A stretch of 64,000 nt of DNA from Octopus vulgaris (lineage: Eukaryota), in assembly GCA_951406725.2 (NCBI GenBank), contig OX597821.1:84134001-84198000 (forward strand), given 5' to 3'. Within the stretch, counting starts at the first letter, position 1. Every line of letters starts with the position of its first letter. Both the position numbers and the translations under genes were made by a program. The notes under the pieces were generated by a model, which worked only from the letters and a program-made list of their open reading frames with translations, was not told the DNA's origin and did no database searches. This document shows positions 40,415 through 53,130 of this stretch, in pieces.

Positions 40415-40936
40415 TTATGACAACAGATGGATAATGGCTCATTCACTACAGCTGTTTCCAACGAGTTTTTTTATTGATGAATATAGATATTACATCATGC
40501 GTCAAGTCCATTTTAATGAGGTGAATGTGCACGAATTATATATTTAAAACACTCCTAAGCTCATAGATTGGTGCCACTTCAAGATCCCTTGACTAGTAAT
40601 AATCAAAAGACCATTTAAGTACCTGATCCGCTTGAATCCTGAACTTATATATACGACAGAATAGACTTTGGTTACGACAGAAATAGACTTCTTCCCCACG
40701 GTGAAGTCTAAAATACTCGCTTCTGATTGGCTAAAATACCCAAATTTTGCAAATTTTTAAAGGCTAATAGCTTTTTAATTATGGATTTATAGGGAAAATG
40801 AATTTCATTTTCATAATTAGTATACAAAACTTAATCGATATACCAAATTTGAAAACAACTGGAACAAAATTGTAAGCAGTGACGAAAACCAGTGACGAAG
40901 ATCCCGATTTTGTCTTCTGCATTATGGATACGATTA

Positions 40937-41310
40937 TTCTTTTACTTGTTTCAGTCATGTGGCTGTGGCCATGCTGGAGCACCGCCTTTAGTCGAGCAAA
41001 TTGACCCCAGGACTTATTCTTTGTAAGCCTAGTACTTATTCTATCGGTCTCTTTTTGCCGAACCGCTAAGTTACGGGGACGTAAACACACCAGCATCGGT
41101 TGTCAAGCGATGCTGAGGGGACAAACACAGACACACGCACATATATAAATACGACGGGCTTCTTTCAGTTTCCGTCTGCCAAATCCACTCACAAGGCTTT
41201 GGTCGGCCCGAGACTAAAGTAGAAGACACTTGTCCAAGGTGCCACGCATTGAGACTGAACCCGGAACCATGTGGTTCGTCAGTAAGCTACTTACCACACA
41301 GCCATTCCTA
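40937..41310 (-). mobile_element. SINE family A
   Basis: Reverse-complement homology. Confidence 0.92.
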
Positions 41311-41733
41311 TACAATAAAAAAATTTCCCCACCCTCATTTTTTTTATTCATGGTTTTAAAACACGGACAGTCCGCATTTACCATTCGTCTGTCTTTGTAA
41401 TTTCCAAATAATTTTCTAATACTTTTATGGAAGAAAGTCAATTGACAGTCTTCACACTTTCTCACACAATGCTGGACTTTATGTGTGAAATGCCAGTGAC
41501 ATGCTGCATGTCTATCAACAATATTAGCAGACAGATAGCCGTACAGTGGTACGACAAATAGTCCAAGTAGACAAAAGCCTTCTTTTTACGAGGGAAAAAT
41601 GAAGTTGGAAGAGTGATGAAGAAGTTATGCATACTTGTGATTGTGATTGTCGTAACCGATGGTGTGCCAGTTTTTTTATGTGCGTATGTGTGTGTATAAA
41701 GATGTAATTAAAACAATACATATACACCCACGT

Positions 41734-41787
<54 letters not shown>

Positions 41788-41796
41788 GTATATTAT

Positions 41797-42026
41797 GGCG
41801 GTGAGCTGGCAGAAACGTTAGCGCACCGGGCGAAATGCGTAGCCGTATTTCGTCTGTCGTTACGTTCTGAGTTCAAATTCCGCCGAGGTCGACTTTGCCT
41901 TTCATCCTTTTAGGGTCGATAAATAAAGTACCAATTTCGCACTGGGGCGATATAATCGACTTAATCTCTTTGTCTGTCCTTGTTTGTCCCCTCTATGTTT
42001 AGGCCCTTGTGGGCAGTAAAGAAATA
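41797..42026 (+). mobile_element. SINE family B (full monomer)
   Basis: ggcggtgagctggcagaaacgttagc...gggcagtaaagaaata. Confidence 0.92.
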
Positions 42027-42036
42027 TATATGTATA

Positions 42037-42580
42037 CGAGCAAAACGCCCCCCTCCCGTTCAATGGACGGTGCTGAGTTGTCAAACATTTAAACCAAATT
42101 TTCTCAAAACTACTTGTCCGACCGTCCCATAGGCCTCCCCTTTGAGACACCAGCAAAAGAAGAAATAAAGATGGACTTTTTTTTCTATTCCAAAGAAAAA
42201 CGATTTTATTCACACAAATATTCAACCGAAGAGTTTAAATTACCAGTAATGATAAGGCTGTTGACTGGGAGAACATAAACATGGTTTAAACAGTAAGCTT
42301 GGCAGGAAAGAAACGTGCCTTTAAGCTGTACAAAAACAACAAAAAATGGAAGGTGCAGTTATGTACAGGTTGACGGAAGAAAAGCAGGACAAAAGCAGCT
42401 TTATCGATCGCATTCTCATCTGGAATCAATTTTTGTAATTTTTTCAAGACTTATACACGCCCTGATACCGTCGGTATCTACATATCAAATTTGAGTGCAA
42501 TCGGATGGAGGATGCCCGAGATCCTAGAAGACACACACACAGACAGACAGAATGTATTTTATATAATAAATATACATAGA
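42037..42580 (-). mobile_element. Non-autonomous Helitron-like element
   Basis: Reverse-complement homolog of 48699-49082; hairpin ccgtccattgaacgg then CTCG|T. Confidence 0.7.
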
Positions 42581-43936
42581 CACAACAAAGCCTAATGGTG
42601 TGAAGTGTTTAAAACTCCTTTAGGGACAAACGGTTTTCATAAGGAATTCCAATTTAACCGGAATCTACACGATCTGAAGCATATTTGTAGAAAAGAAATC
42701 TTTAATTTTCTCATGGTTATGAAGAAGCAAATCTTTGGGGCACAATTGTGTAGATATGCCAAAATATTTATATATTTAAAGGCTGGATACAATACTAACT
42801 CTATAAAAATATATGTGTGCGTGTATACATTTGTATGTATGTGTATGCATTTATACATGTATATGTATAAGTTTCAGAAGATATTAGAATAACGGAATAA
42901 ATGTCAGTCATAAGAAATCACCCAAAATCTATCTCTTTAATTGTTAACTACAGTTTCTGGCACACATATTTACGCAATTTTGATTGTGAAGTATCTAAAA
43001 ATTGTTTGGAAATTATAAAGAGAAACGAATGGTAGATTCGGACTAGCCATATTTTAAAACGATGAATTGTACAAAAAAGATGTGTGTGTGTGTCAAATTT
43101 TTACTCAAATTATTAATTTCTTCAAAAAATGTTGATTTTGTGAATGAAACAAACTAGATCCTAAATAAGAAATGAATGTTTAATATGACAATTTTTTTTA
43201 CGTCATTTAAAAGGGGGCTGATTTTGTGACTCAAACTAGATCCAAGCCCAGTGAATACCATCCTCCACAATTTTCTACTCATATGAAGTACATATGTATT
43301 TCAACAATTTCTATCAAATACACTCTCTTTCTCGAGCATAAAAAATCCTCTTCTCGGGTGACAATAACTTATATGTCAGAATGTTGCACAAGTTCTAGCT
43401 GTTTTGATAAGGGAAATCGGAAAGGTTTGAAATGATTTCATCGGCATTTACTTGTACCAAAGAGCACTCTTTCGATAGACAACACGTTGATCTCATAAGA
43501 GTCGCGTGATGGAAATAAACGCAATTACCAAACTTTCAATTTATTATTTAATTTATTATCATTATTTTTTTATTTTTTGCATTTCAATTTGTACATCTGT
43601 ACTCCCGATTGCGTACAAGCGAATATGTAAAATAATGTCCTTTATTTTTTAATCATTATCTGCTGATATCAAAATAAATTGTATATTGAAAAATAAAATA
43701 TTTTCTAGGAGGGCCATTTATGACTCTAAGGGTCAAAGGGGGGGTGAGTTTGACCGAAATGGGTTAAGAACTTTGCTCTAGAGGCGAAGATAATAATAAT
43801 AATAATAATAAAGATTTTATGTCGTATGGGATTTGATACACCAGTATATGTCTTTCTTTATCTCCCCCTACATATATACACACATACACACACACATATG
43901 TACATACATATATACATATATATAATTATATGCATC

Positions 43937-44002
<66 letters not shown>

Positions 44003-44006
<4 letters not shown>

Positions 44007-45500
44007 AATTTTATAGAAAAACAAATGCGAAGACTGGTGTAGGAACTAGCAAGCTTGACGCTCGGGAAAAATTGAAAAATCTTTTACATTTCGAGCCTAC
44101 GCTCTTCGACGGAAAGGAATAAGAGGAAATTAATAGAGAGAAAATGAAGAAAACAAAAACGTCTTGAGTTCAGTGGTCTAAGATGGCGAATGATGGAAAA
44201 ATGACAAAGGAGATAATAAGGTTGAATGAAGGGGAGATAATTCATGGTGATCCCATGAAGAGGAGGTGCGCAAGCGTGTGCGTGTATGGATGAATGGTGA
44301 GTGTGCGTGTATGTGCGAAGGGGGCGAGTAGGTTTGACGCGTGTCTGCATGTGCAACGTGTGCGTGTGTTGTGTCTAGCAGTTGATGTGTGCTTTTACAC
44401 GTGGTCTGTGTACATGTGTATGCGTGTGTGTGTCACTGAGTAAATTGTGTGCATGTGTATAGTGTATGTATGTGGGCGAAAGTTATCTTTGTCTATGCGT
44501 GTTCCGTGTGTGTGCGCATGTATGGGTATATATTATCTGTGTTCAGGTATTATGTGCTTTTGTGGATGCGGGAATGTTCATGATGGTGTGTGGTGTGTGG
44601 TGTGTGTACTGAGTTAAACTCAGTGTGTGTGACTGCTCATATAGTGGTATGTGTGGTGACTCTATCGAAGATTGTGTGTGTGTGAATGATGGTGTGTTGT
44701 GTGGGTACTGAGAAGTTTGTGTGGAGTGGGAAGGTGTTGTGGGCATGTGTGTAATGATGTGTGAAGTAAGTGATGAGTTGAACAGTGTGTGTGCGTGTGT
44801 GTATAGTGGTGCGTGTGGGTGAGGGTGCCGTGGTGGGCGGTATGTGGTTGTGCATGTGGAGAGTGTGGGAGGTGAGTGGGTATCCGTGTACGATTGGTGT
44901 CAAAGGAAGAGAGGAGATGAGTTTGGTATCAGATGAAGAGAGGAAAGGAGTTGAGACCATGTGGAACAAAGGAACGAGGAGAGAAGATTAATCCCAGTTC
45001 ACGGTGAAGGCAGGAGTCCGGGTGGCTCCTGTGAAGAGACAGTCTGAACACAGATAGATGTTGTAGCGAATGACCGGTAGAGTGGAAATGGCGCGAGACT
45101 GGGGTGTCATTGCCAAGTCTGAGGTCCCGAAGGTGCTCCGCAAACCTGTTAGCCAAGTGGCGTTCCGTTTGGCCGATGTACAGGGAAGGACAGAGAAAGC
45201 AGGAGATGTAGTAAAGGACATTACTAGGGGTGCAGGTAAAGGAGTGATAGGGACGGTGGTGGGTGCTTGTGAGGATGGTGTTGGAGAGAAAGGGGCAGGT
45301 GCGACAGCGTGGCGGAAACAGGGGAAGGATCCATGCTAGGAGGCGGGGGTAGGGAAGAAATTGTGGGCCAGGAGGTCACGCAGGTTATGGGCTCGTTTAA
45401 AGAAGGGAAGGGGTAGGTTAAGGAAGATATGCGAAGTGAAGGGGTCAGACTGCAGTCGCTGGAAGGCTCAGGCAATGGTGCGTTGGAGGGGTAGGCTAGA
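44003..45500 (-). mobile_element. Penelope-like element 3' portion (GIY-YIG endonuclease, low-complexity 3' UTR, pLTR)
   Basis: Translation SNVLYYISCFLCPSLYIGQTERHLANRFAEHLRDLR...VSRHF...PHGLN; upstream Cys-rich linker (PRCRTCPFL); hammerhead-like motif at 44081-44116. Confidence 0.9.
44081..44116 (-). ncRNA. Variant hammerhead motif
   Basis: cttt CCGTCGA a gagc-gtag-gctc GAAA tg TA aaag. Confidence 0.55.
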
Positions 45501-45504
45501 GGCA

Positions 45505-46478
45505 AAAATAAGTATAATAATGCAGTGCTGAAAAGTTAAGTGAGCAACATTGTACGAGTTGGCAGTGAGCTCCTCAAGAAGCGCTCTTCCTGATGATCTC
45601 CTATACAGCCCTAAAACCGCTGGGCTCTCTACTCGAGAGAAGACCTGGATAAAAAGCATTTAGCATACAAAAAAGAAGACTATGCATGGGTATGTTGCCC
45701 GAAAGCTTGAAGAAGACAGCAGAATTGACACGAAGCGCAGCCTCTCTCGGGCATAAGGCTACCACATCACATCACACTTTGAAGGTTATGCGTTTGCAAT
45801 CCAGGAACAGGAGATCGCCTCAAAGTACCTGGTGAATAAGAAAGACAGCGACGCTCTTGTAATCCCAATGTGCAACCACTTGTGTAGGCTATGTCATGGT
45901 TCTGTGGTAGACATCACGCATGTGATTAACAGCTGTCCCAAAACGTCATCACTGTACTATCTTCCTGTGTAGCACGATGTTGTCGCAAAAACAATTTATA
46001 ATGCCATCCGCATATAAGCTTAGAAAATTCCTCTGCTATGGAATACATTCATCGGATATTGTTGTTTGGGACAAAGAAGCAAAAGTATGTACTGTCGCAG
46101 AGGTCAGCTGCCCTGCAGATATAAATATCTCTTTGAAAATCAAAGAAAGATATCTATGGACAACTGCTTCGAAACCTCCAGCTTCTAAGCCCAGACTATG
46201 AATTCATATTTATACCAATAATAATTAGAGCACCAGGCTTTGTTACTAAATACTTAAAGGAGAATCTGGATAAACTGGGATTTTCAGAAAGAAATCGACC
46301 GGCTAATTCGTACATTACAAGTGCAATCTGTGAGTGGAAGAGTAAAAATATGCAAGCCTTTCTCAAGTTCTAAATGTGAATTTGTCTGTATTAATTGCAT
46401 CCCAAAGATGGAACCTTGTACCTTTGTGGGAAACCGACTCCCTCCTCAGTAGAAGGTTTATAATAATTAAAAAATAGA
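45505..46478 (+). pseudogene. R4/Dong-like non-LTR retrotransposon 3' fragment (restriction-like endonuclease)
   Basis: FEGYAFAIQEQEI...CRLCHGSVVDITHVINSC (CCHC), HDVVAK, DIVVWDKEAKVCTVAEVSCP; broken frames. Confidence 0.8.
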
Positions 46479-46551
46479 AGATACATACATACATACATAC
46501 ATACATACATACATACATACATACATACATACATACATACATACATACATA

Positions 46552-46710
46552 AGCGTGGCTGAGTGGTAAGATGGTTGCCTCCCAACCATGTAGTTCCGGG
46601 CTCAGTCCCATTGTGTGGCACCTTGAGCAAATGTCTTCGACTATAGCTTCGGACCGATCAAAATCTTGTGAGTAGATTTTGTAGACGGAAACTGAAAGAA
46701 CCCTATCGGA
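46552..46710 (+). mobile_element. SINE family A 5' half
   Basis: Head and body homology. Confidence 0.85.
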
Positions 46711-46775
46711 TATATATATATATATATATATGAATAGCATGTATGTTAATAATGACTTGCTGGCCGTCATGAAAC

Positions 46776-46815
46776 AGTCTGAAGACGGCAAAGAAACCGA
46801 AACTTCGAAGCCACT
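46776..46815 (+). ncRNA. Hammerhead motif with mutated cleavage triplet
   Basis: agt CTGAAGA cgg-caaagaaa-cc GAAA cttcgaag CC act; palindromic stem III; GCC instead of GUC. Confidence 0.55.
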
Positions 46816-46902
46816 ATCAATCATTTCCGAGCAAAAATTAATATACATTAACACTACCTAAAGTATTGAGTAATTCGATGTTCAATGCTAAATTGTTTTA
46901 TA

Positions 46903-46986
46903 CTTGCAGTAATACCCGTCGTTGATCGGGCAATTACTTTTACTCTTTCTCGGGATCAACATTCAAAGTGTTATTATATATATAGA
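46903..46986 (-). mobile_element. 84-bp mini-Helitron
   Basis: Minus strand: A|TC tatatatataat ... cccgatcaacgacgggtattactg CAAG|T, matching the ends of 32502-32905. Confidence 0.65.
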
Positions 46987-47397
46987 TTTACTCCTCCTGT
47001 ATGTGTGTATTTTATAAGAAAAAAAATATGTAAGAACTGAAGTAGAAAAACGACCAATTTCATACACGAACTTCTGTTAGTTTATTATATGACAATAATA
47101 AGTGAGTTTTATGTATTATTTTATATACCAATACAGTAATGACGATTATATGATACACAAGGCTTTGGTAGGCACGGAGTTGTAATTAAAGGGAATTAAC
47201 CAATATGCCGCACAGTGGGACTGAACCCAAGGCGACATGGTTGGAAAGCAAGCTTCTCAACCACACAGCCATGCCTATAAAGGAGAGATACGCTTTGGAT
47301 ATAATATGCTTAACTAAAAGCGGGGATGCTTACGGCGAGAAGTCCTTTGATTTTAATATTTATTCGCGCAATCAACAACTAAAAACGCTACACCATA

Positions 47398-47889
47398 CAG
47401 GGTGTTTCAGAATTAACTATGTTTCAATGAAATTGAGCAAATTTTAAAAACACTGACATAATTTTATGTTTATTACCAAAACAAATAGATTTATAAATCT
47501 TACGTTTAGTTTTAATGAGAGTGAAAATTTTCAACATGCTTGTATCTCTACATACTTCAAATGTCTTCTAGCGTTGTGGAACACATTTTGAAGCATTTCA
47601 GGAGTTAGCTCCGGCGCTGCTAAACAGAACGTGTTCTTTAAGCTCAGCTAAACGATTGTTCTATCTTGGGGATGGAGGTAAAGAAAATGATTGCTGCTAA
47701 ATTGAAAAAAAAAAAAAAAGGCTCCCATTGACAAATAATTGGGGTCCAACAGGAATGAAAATAAAATTAAAAACAAAATTCAAAATTTATACACTTTTAA
47801 TACATATTAAACATGATAAACAAATAAAAGTGAGTTTTAAAAAATGCATCCGATTTCACTCAAATCATCATTAATTCTGGGACACCCCG
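47398..47889 (-). mobile_element. Non-autonomous Tc1/mariner-superfamily element
   Basis: TA|cagggtgtttcagaattaa ... ttaattctgggacaccccg; transposase C-terminus-like LAELKE...LTPEMLQNVF on the minus strand. Confidence 0.7.
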
Positions 47890-48690
47890 AACTTACTCGT
47901 CCGACTAAACGTGGGAGGAAACACAGGGGGGAGGGGCACTAAATGCAGGTGGCGCGTGTACCTTCCGAAAGTGGTCACGCGATCAAACTTCAAATGGCTG
48001 TGAGTCACAACAGCACCTTGTGTTTTTATTATGAACATTTTGCATTATGTATTTCAGACATGGATGACATAGAAAGCAGACATGCTCCCGGGCCATGCTG
48101 CGTGTGCAGGATTGAAAACGTGAAACATCAACAGGGCACTTCTGGAGAATGGATGAATGGGGTTTGTTATGGCTTTACCTAGCCGCGCATACACACGCAC
48201 ATGGTCCAGCGGTGCGCGGGATGGTAAGATGAAGCATCAACTTGGCGTCGACGAAAATTTTAATCTTCCCATTTCCTCTGTCAAATTGGACAAAAAGGTT
48301 TTCATGAAATATTATACGCTACTTATAATGCATAAGTAGTATCTTTTTTTTTTTCGTGTGAAAATGGTCTAAAACAAAGATAAAACCCTGTATACTTAAA
48401 TCTAATTAATCTGCATTTGTGGTGGTGGGGGGAGCATAGTCGGCGTCATAATTTTTTTTTAGTCAATAGCAATTCGAGGAGCCTGTTTTTAATGTTTGTT
48501 GCAAATTTGGAGGAAAGCGACTGTACACACTTCGAGTTAAGAGCCTTAACACATCGAAAAGGCCTTTAAAATGCGGTTTATCTACCCCTGGGCCCATATT
48601 AGGCAAGAAGTTGAGAATTATTTTGGCCCATGACACTCCACGAACCCTATGTATTGCATGTGTAAAATTTCATTAAAATCGGTTACACAC
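47890..48690 (-). mobile_element. Helitron-related fragment
   Basis: 48600-48690 is homologous to 27210-27300 (aggcaagaagtt..gcccatgacact..catgtgtaaaatt); left boundary uncertain. Confidence 0.45.
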
Positions 48691-48698
48691 ATCCTGTA

Positions 48699-49082
48699 TC
48701 TATTATATAAAATCCGTTCTGTCTGTGTGTGTGTCTTCTAGGATCACGGGCATCCTCCATCGGAGTGCGCTCAAATTTGATATGTAGATACCGACGGTAT
48801 CAGGGCGTGTATAAGTCTTGAAAGAATTACAAAAAAATCGATTCCAGGTGAGAATGCGATCGATAAAGCCGTGGGAACGTGCATTTGTACGAGCAAGTAC
48901 ATCAGCTGTTGCGATCGATACTACGCGTACGCCAGAAAAATGCACGGTGCCTCAAATTTAGGTTAAATCAGTGTTTCTAAAAGGGGAGGCCTACGGGACG
49001 GTCGAACAAGTTGTTTTGAGAAAATTTGCTTTAAATGTTTGACAACTCAGCATCGTCGATTGGACGGGAGGCGCTTTGCTCG
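48699..49082 (+). mobile_element. Non-autonomous Helitron-like element
   Basis: A|TC tattatataaaa 5' end; cgtcgattggacg hairpin and CTCG|T 3' end. Confidence 0.75.
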
Positions 49083-49149
49083 TTTGATTCTGCTTCTGCC
49101 CTCATTCCTGCTTTTTGTCGTAAAGCTGATTGATCTGGAACTTTTGATA

Positions 49150-49418
49150 GTAGGAGATCGTATTTCATTTTGAGACATCTACATGCACACCATGTAAGCT
49201 CTCTGTTTCTTCAAGAGCTGTGGGACCCTGAATCCCAAGCTATTGCAGTACCTGTTCCTGTATTTTGATGGCAAGGGTGGGATTTTAAGCACTATGCAAT
49301 GGCGCCCAGTTCTGGTGTTTATATAACTTTCAATGCCAGAGTCCTTCCAAGTACAAGTCCTTCCAAGATTTTCCAGATGTATATTGCAGCATATCTCTCC
49401 CGCTTTCTTTGCAGGAGT
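49150..49418 (-). pseudogene. LINE (CR1/L2-group-like) ORF2 C-terminal fragment
   Basis: LQRKRERYAAIYIWKILEGLV...RTGRHC...NSLGFRVPQL. Confidence 0.65.
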
Positions 49419-50689
49419 GTGTATGTATGTATGCACGTGTTTGTGTATGTATGTATGTATGTATGTATGTATGTATGTATGTATGTATGTATGTATGTAT
49501 GTTTGTGTATGCATGCATGTATGTATGTGCGTGTATGCGTGTGTTTATGTATGTATGTATGTATGTATGTATGTATGTATGTATGTATGTATGTATGTAT
49601 GTATGTGTCTTTATTTTTGTGTTTGTTCTCCAATTCTTCTTGACAACAGGTTTTTGTTTGTATTCCCCGTAACTTAGCGGTTCGGCAAAAAGAGATCCGA
49701 TCGAATAAGTACCAAACTTAAAATTAGTACTGATGTCGCGATTTGTTCGACTAAACCCATTCAAAGCGGTGCCCCAGCATGGCCACAGTCCAGTGAAAGA
49801 AACAAGCAAAAAAAAAACAAAACAAAACAAAAAAAAACAATGAAGGTATTGCTAATATCGATTGATTGAAACAGATCAATTACAGAAGTCGTCTTAACCC
49901 AGTAACCGGATATCCGGGTTGTCATTGTTGAATGTATTGAGTCATAATTTTCTTTGCTGAGTCATCGTCTTCCAGTCCTGTGATGGAAGGTGTTTTATGA
50001 CAAACACTGAAAGTGTAACTGCGAAGAAATATAAAACCTATAAGCTATAAAACAACTACGGCTGTGGAACGGGCAGAATCGCTAGAACGTTGGATACAAC
50101 GCCAACGGTATTTAGTTACGTCCCTTTTGGATTCTGAGTTCAAATCACGCTGAGGTCAACTATTCCCTTTTATCTTTCATCCTCCCCAGAGTCGGTTAAA
50201 AATAATTTAAAAAATCAGACTCGAGGAGCGGAATCGATTTGGTATTCCATTAAGCTGTCTTAGATGTTTTATAGGAATATGGATATTGATATATTTATCA
50301 GTATAATATACAGTTTCGTCATCTGCTCCTACCCTTGTCCGCCAAAATTAACAGTGCTGTTCACCTGTTGACGGATACCTCACTGATTACCGGAAGGTTA
50401 AGCAATTGATTCTATTTATCCGCACCGGTGCCTGGAGAGATAAATACATGTAATAAATCGTGGTTAGTTATTCCATGCTGTTTAAATGTTGATCGATCGC
50501 TTTACTCACTGCAAACGTCTGCTTACACTATATCTACCATCAGCGTTCGTTATCATAATATTTTTTTTTCGATTTTTGTATTTTTACTGCCTTTTTTTTT
50601 ATCTAGTACTCTTGTTGTTAATTCGCCTCAACACGAAGATAAAAGACGCTCCCATTGTGACAACCCTGTTATTTCTGTGAGTCAAATAA

Positions 50690-51078
50690 AATGGTTAACG
50701 ACTTCAGTTCCGGCACTTTATGTTCAGTCGCCTGCGTGGCACCTTGAGCAAGCTTCTTGTTACTATAGCCTCGGGCCGACCAAATCCTTGTGAGTGGATT
50801 TGGTAGACGGAAACTGAAAGAAGCCCGTCGTGTGTGTGTGAGAGAGAGAGAGAGAGTGTGTGTGTGTGTATGTGTGTGACCACTGCTTGGCAACCGGTGT
50901 TGGTATGTTTACGGCCTCATAACTTAGCGGTTCGGCAAAAGCGAGTGGTAGAATAAGTACCAAGTTGAAAACAAAAAATAAGTACTGGGGTCGATTCGTT
51001 CGGCTAAAATTTTTCAAGGCGGTGCCCCAGCATGGTCATAGTCTAATGATTGAAACAAGTAAACGATAAAAGATAAAG
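50690..51078 (+). mobile_element. SINE family A
   Basis: Homology to other copies. Confidence 0.88.
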
Positions 51079-52029
51079 ACTTCACAATTCCGCCGAGGAT
51101 GGCCGTATGTTTTATCGTTTCAGGGTCGATCAAATAAACACCAGTCGAGCACTGGGGTTGATGTAGTCGACTCACCCCTCTCACTTAGTATTCCTGTTGG
51201 TATCGAGGAGCTGCCAATTGTGGAATGAATTTATATTTCTTACTACATTATCTGACAGGAATTTTTTTTTTATTTCGAGATGCTGGAGTATGATTTGAGT
51301 GAGACTTGACTACTTTTTCTAACAGGTTGAACGATCCCACAGTGGCTGCGTCATTGTTTTTCTCTGTGTATGTCGCAATATTAGTCGGCAGTCCGTTTCT
51401 CACTACCGGACAAAGGCCCTGAAGTCTTTGTGGTCCACCTCAGCCATGTGTAGAAAGTTAACACGCGTAGAACACGAATATTGTTCGTGGTGTTGGTCAG
51501 TGAAGAGACATCTCTCTTCTCCTGGATAGGACGACAGTTTATGACATGATACAAAATTACGCAAGCTCACAGAATACCTTTCAGCTACTTATTTCGAGTA
51601 AGCCACTATATGGTCACTTTGCCTGCTAGAAATAGCAGTCAAATCTCCACCAAATCAAACCACTCAAGAAGTATATGTAGAATAAGGTAACCACATATAT
51701 CTTTGAAGGAAGATGATTACAGCTGGAATGATTTGGGTTTATTTGTTTGCTCTATCAGTTTTAACCTAGGGTCAAACCAGCGTCAACAGCAACAGCATTT
51801 TAGAGATGAATTGTCTCTACCGAGTTCTAAGCAAACTAGAAACACCAGGCAACACTGATGGAAGATTGTAAAGATTGACCTTTTAGACCAGCTCTGACGC
51901 TCTCATTAAAACTAACATAAACTAATGGAAACGGCATCAATGCCTCAGATTATCCTACCATTCCGAACCTTTATGCTTCAATAGCAAATTATATCGATCT
52001 GAATTGATATTATGCGGCCCTATCATCCG

Positions 52030-52926
52030 ACTGTGATTGACTGTTAATCAGAGGGTCCCATCACTAGATGCGGTCCAGGATGCGTGTGTGCGTAGCAACA
52101 GCACCATTCCAGAAGTGGGTGCAGTACAAGATTATAGATCTTATCTGAGCCTTGTAGAGTGTCAGCAACTATTATAGGGGTGGCTGAAAGATTTTCTGGC
52201 GTCGAAGAGAAGGGCCAGTCTTTCGGATACGGTCCTAGTTATGTTAAGGACGTACTTTCAAAAGAAGAGACCAGTGGTGATACCGAGGCCCGGCATTTAG
52301 AGCGACTGAGAAGTATCTAACTGAATGCTGCTCATATTTGGAGAGTTAAGGCGGTGTATATTTGATATTAGCAATACTTGATTTTTTTCTGCTCGAAAAG
52401 TCAATGTTAGATGATATTACTTGAGAATGTTTTCATAGTCCCAGTTTATGGAATCAATGGAGGTTTGGAATGTGGTTTTTGGGCTGCGTGTAGATGATGC
52501 ATAGTTAGAGAAATTTCGTAAAGAATGAAGGGTCGTATCATCTATATGAGAATGGAAACTGATGTGGGCGACAAGTAGGTAATTGATGTATAGGACAAAA
52601 AGAGTGGTGGATAAAGTCGAAACCTGAGGAAGACCAGAATTAAATGAGAATTGGGCAGAAAGAGCTCCATTAAACATGTGCTGGCGATCTGAAAAGGGGC
52701 CACTGACCCAAGAGATGGGCGATGGTTGGAGCCCGTTGGCGATAAGTTTTCTTTGGGGATTCGCTTGCCAGACATGAGCGAAGACTTTGCTAATGCCTGA
52801 AGCTACAATATTATTAGTTTTGCTGAAGAACTTCTCTGAAGCGAGATCTCACTGGTGAATGATGTAAGAGAATAGGTATCCAGTGAATCTGGCTCTGCGG
52901 AAGCGGTAGTGACAATCGCTGAAGGC

Positions 52927-52970
<44 letters not shown>

Positions 52971-53130
52971 ACAATGTTGAGAAACGTTATGGCTGCTTCC
53001 ATTACCTTCGAGATGTTAGAAGTGAGGCCGATGAGAGGGTAGTTCATTGGATCGGATGGGTTTGCCTTTTTTTTTAAACGGCGCACACTGAAATGCGCTT
53101 CCAAATGGCAGGGCACAATTCCGTAGAGAG
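52030..53130 (-). pseudogene. Degenerate CR1/Jockey-group LINE reverse transcriptase
   Basis: PSDPMNYPLIGLTSNISKVME, SGLPQVSTLSTTLFVLYIN and IDDTTL, which are decayed NYRPISL, GVPQGS and ADD motifs. Confidence 0.8.
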
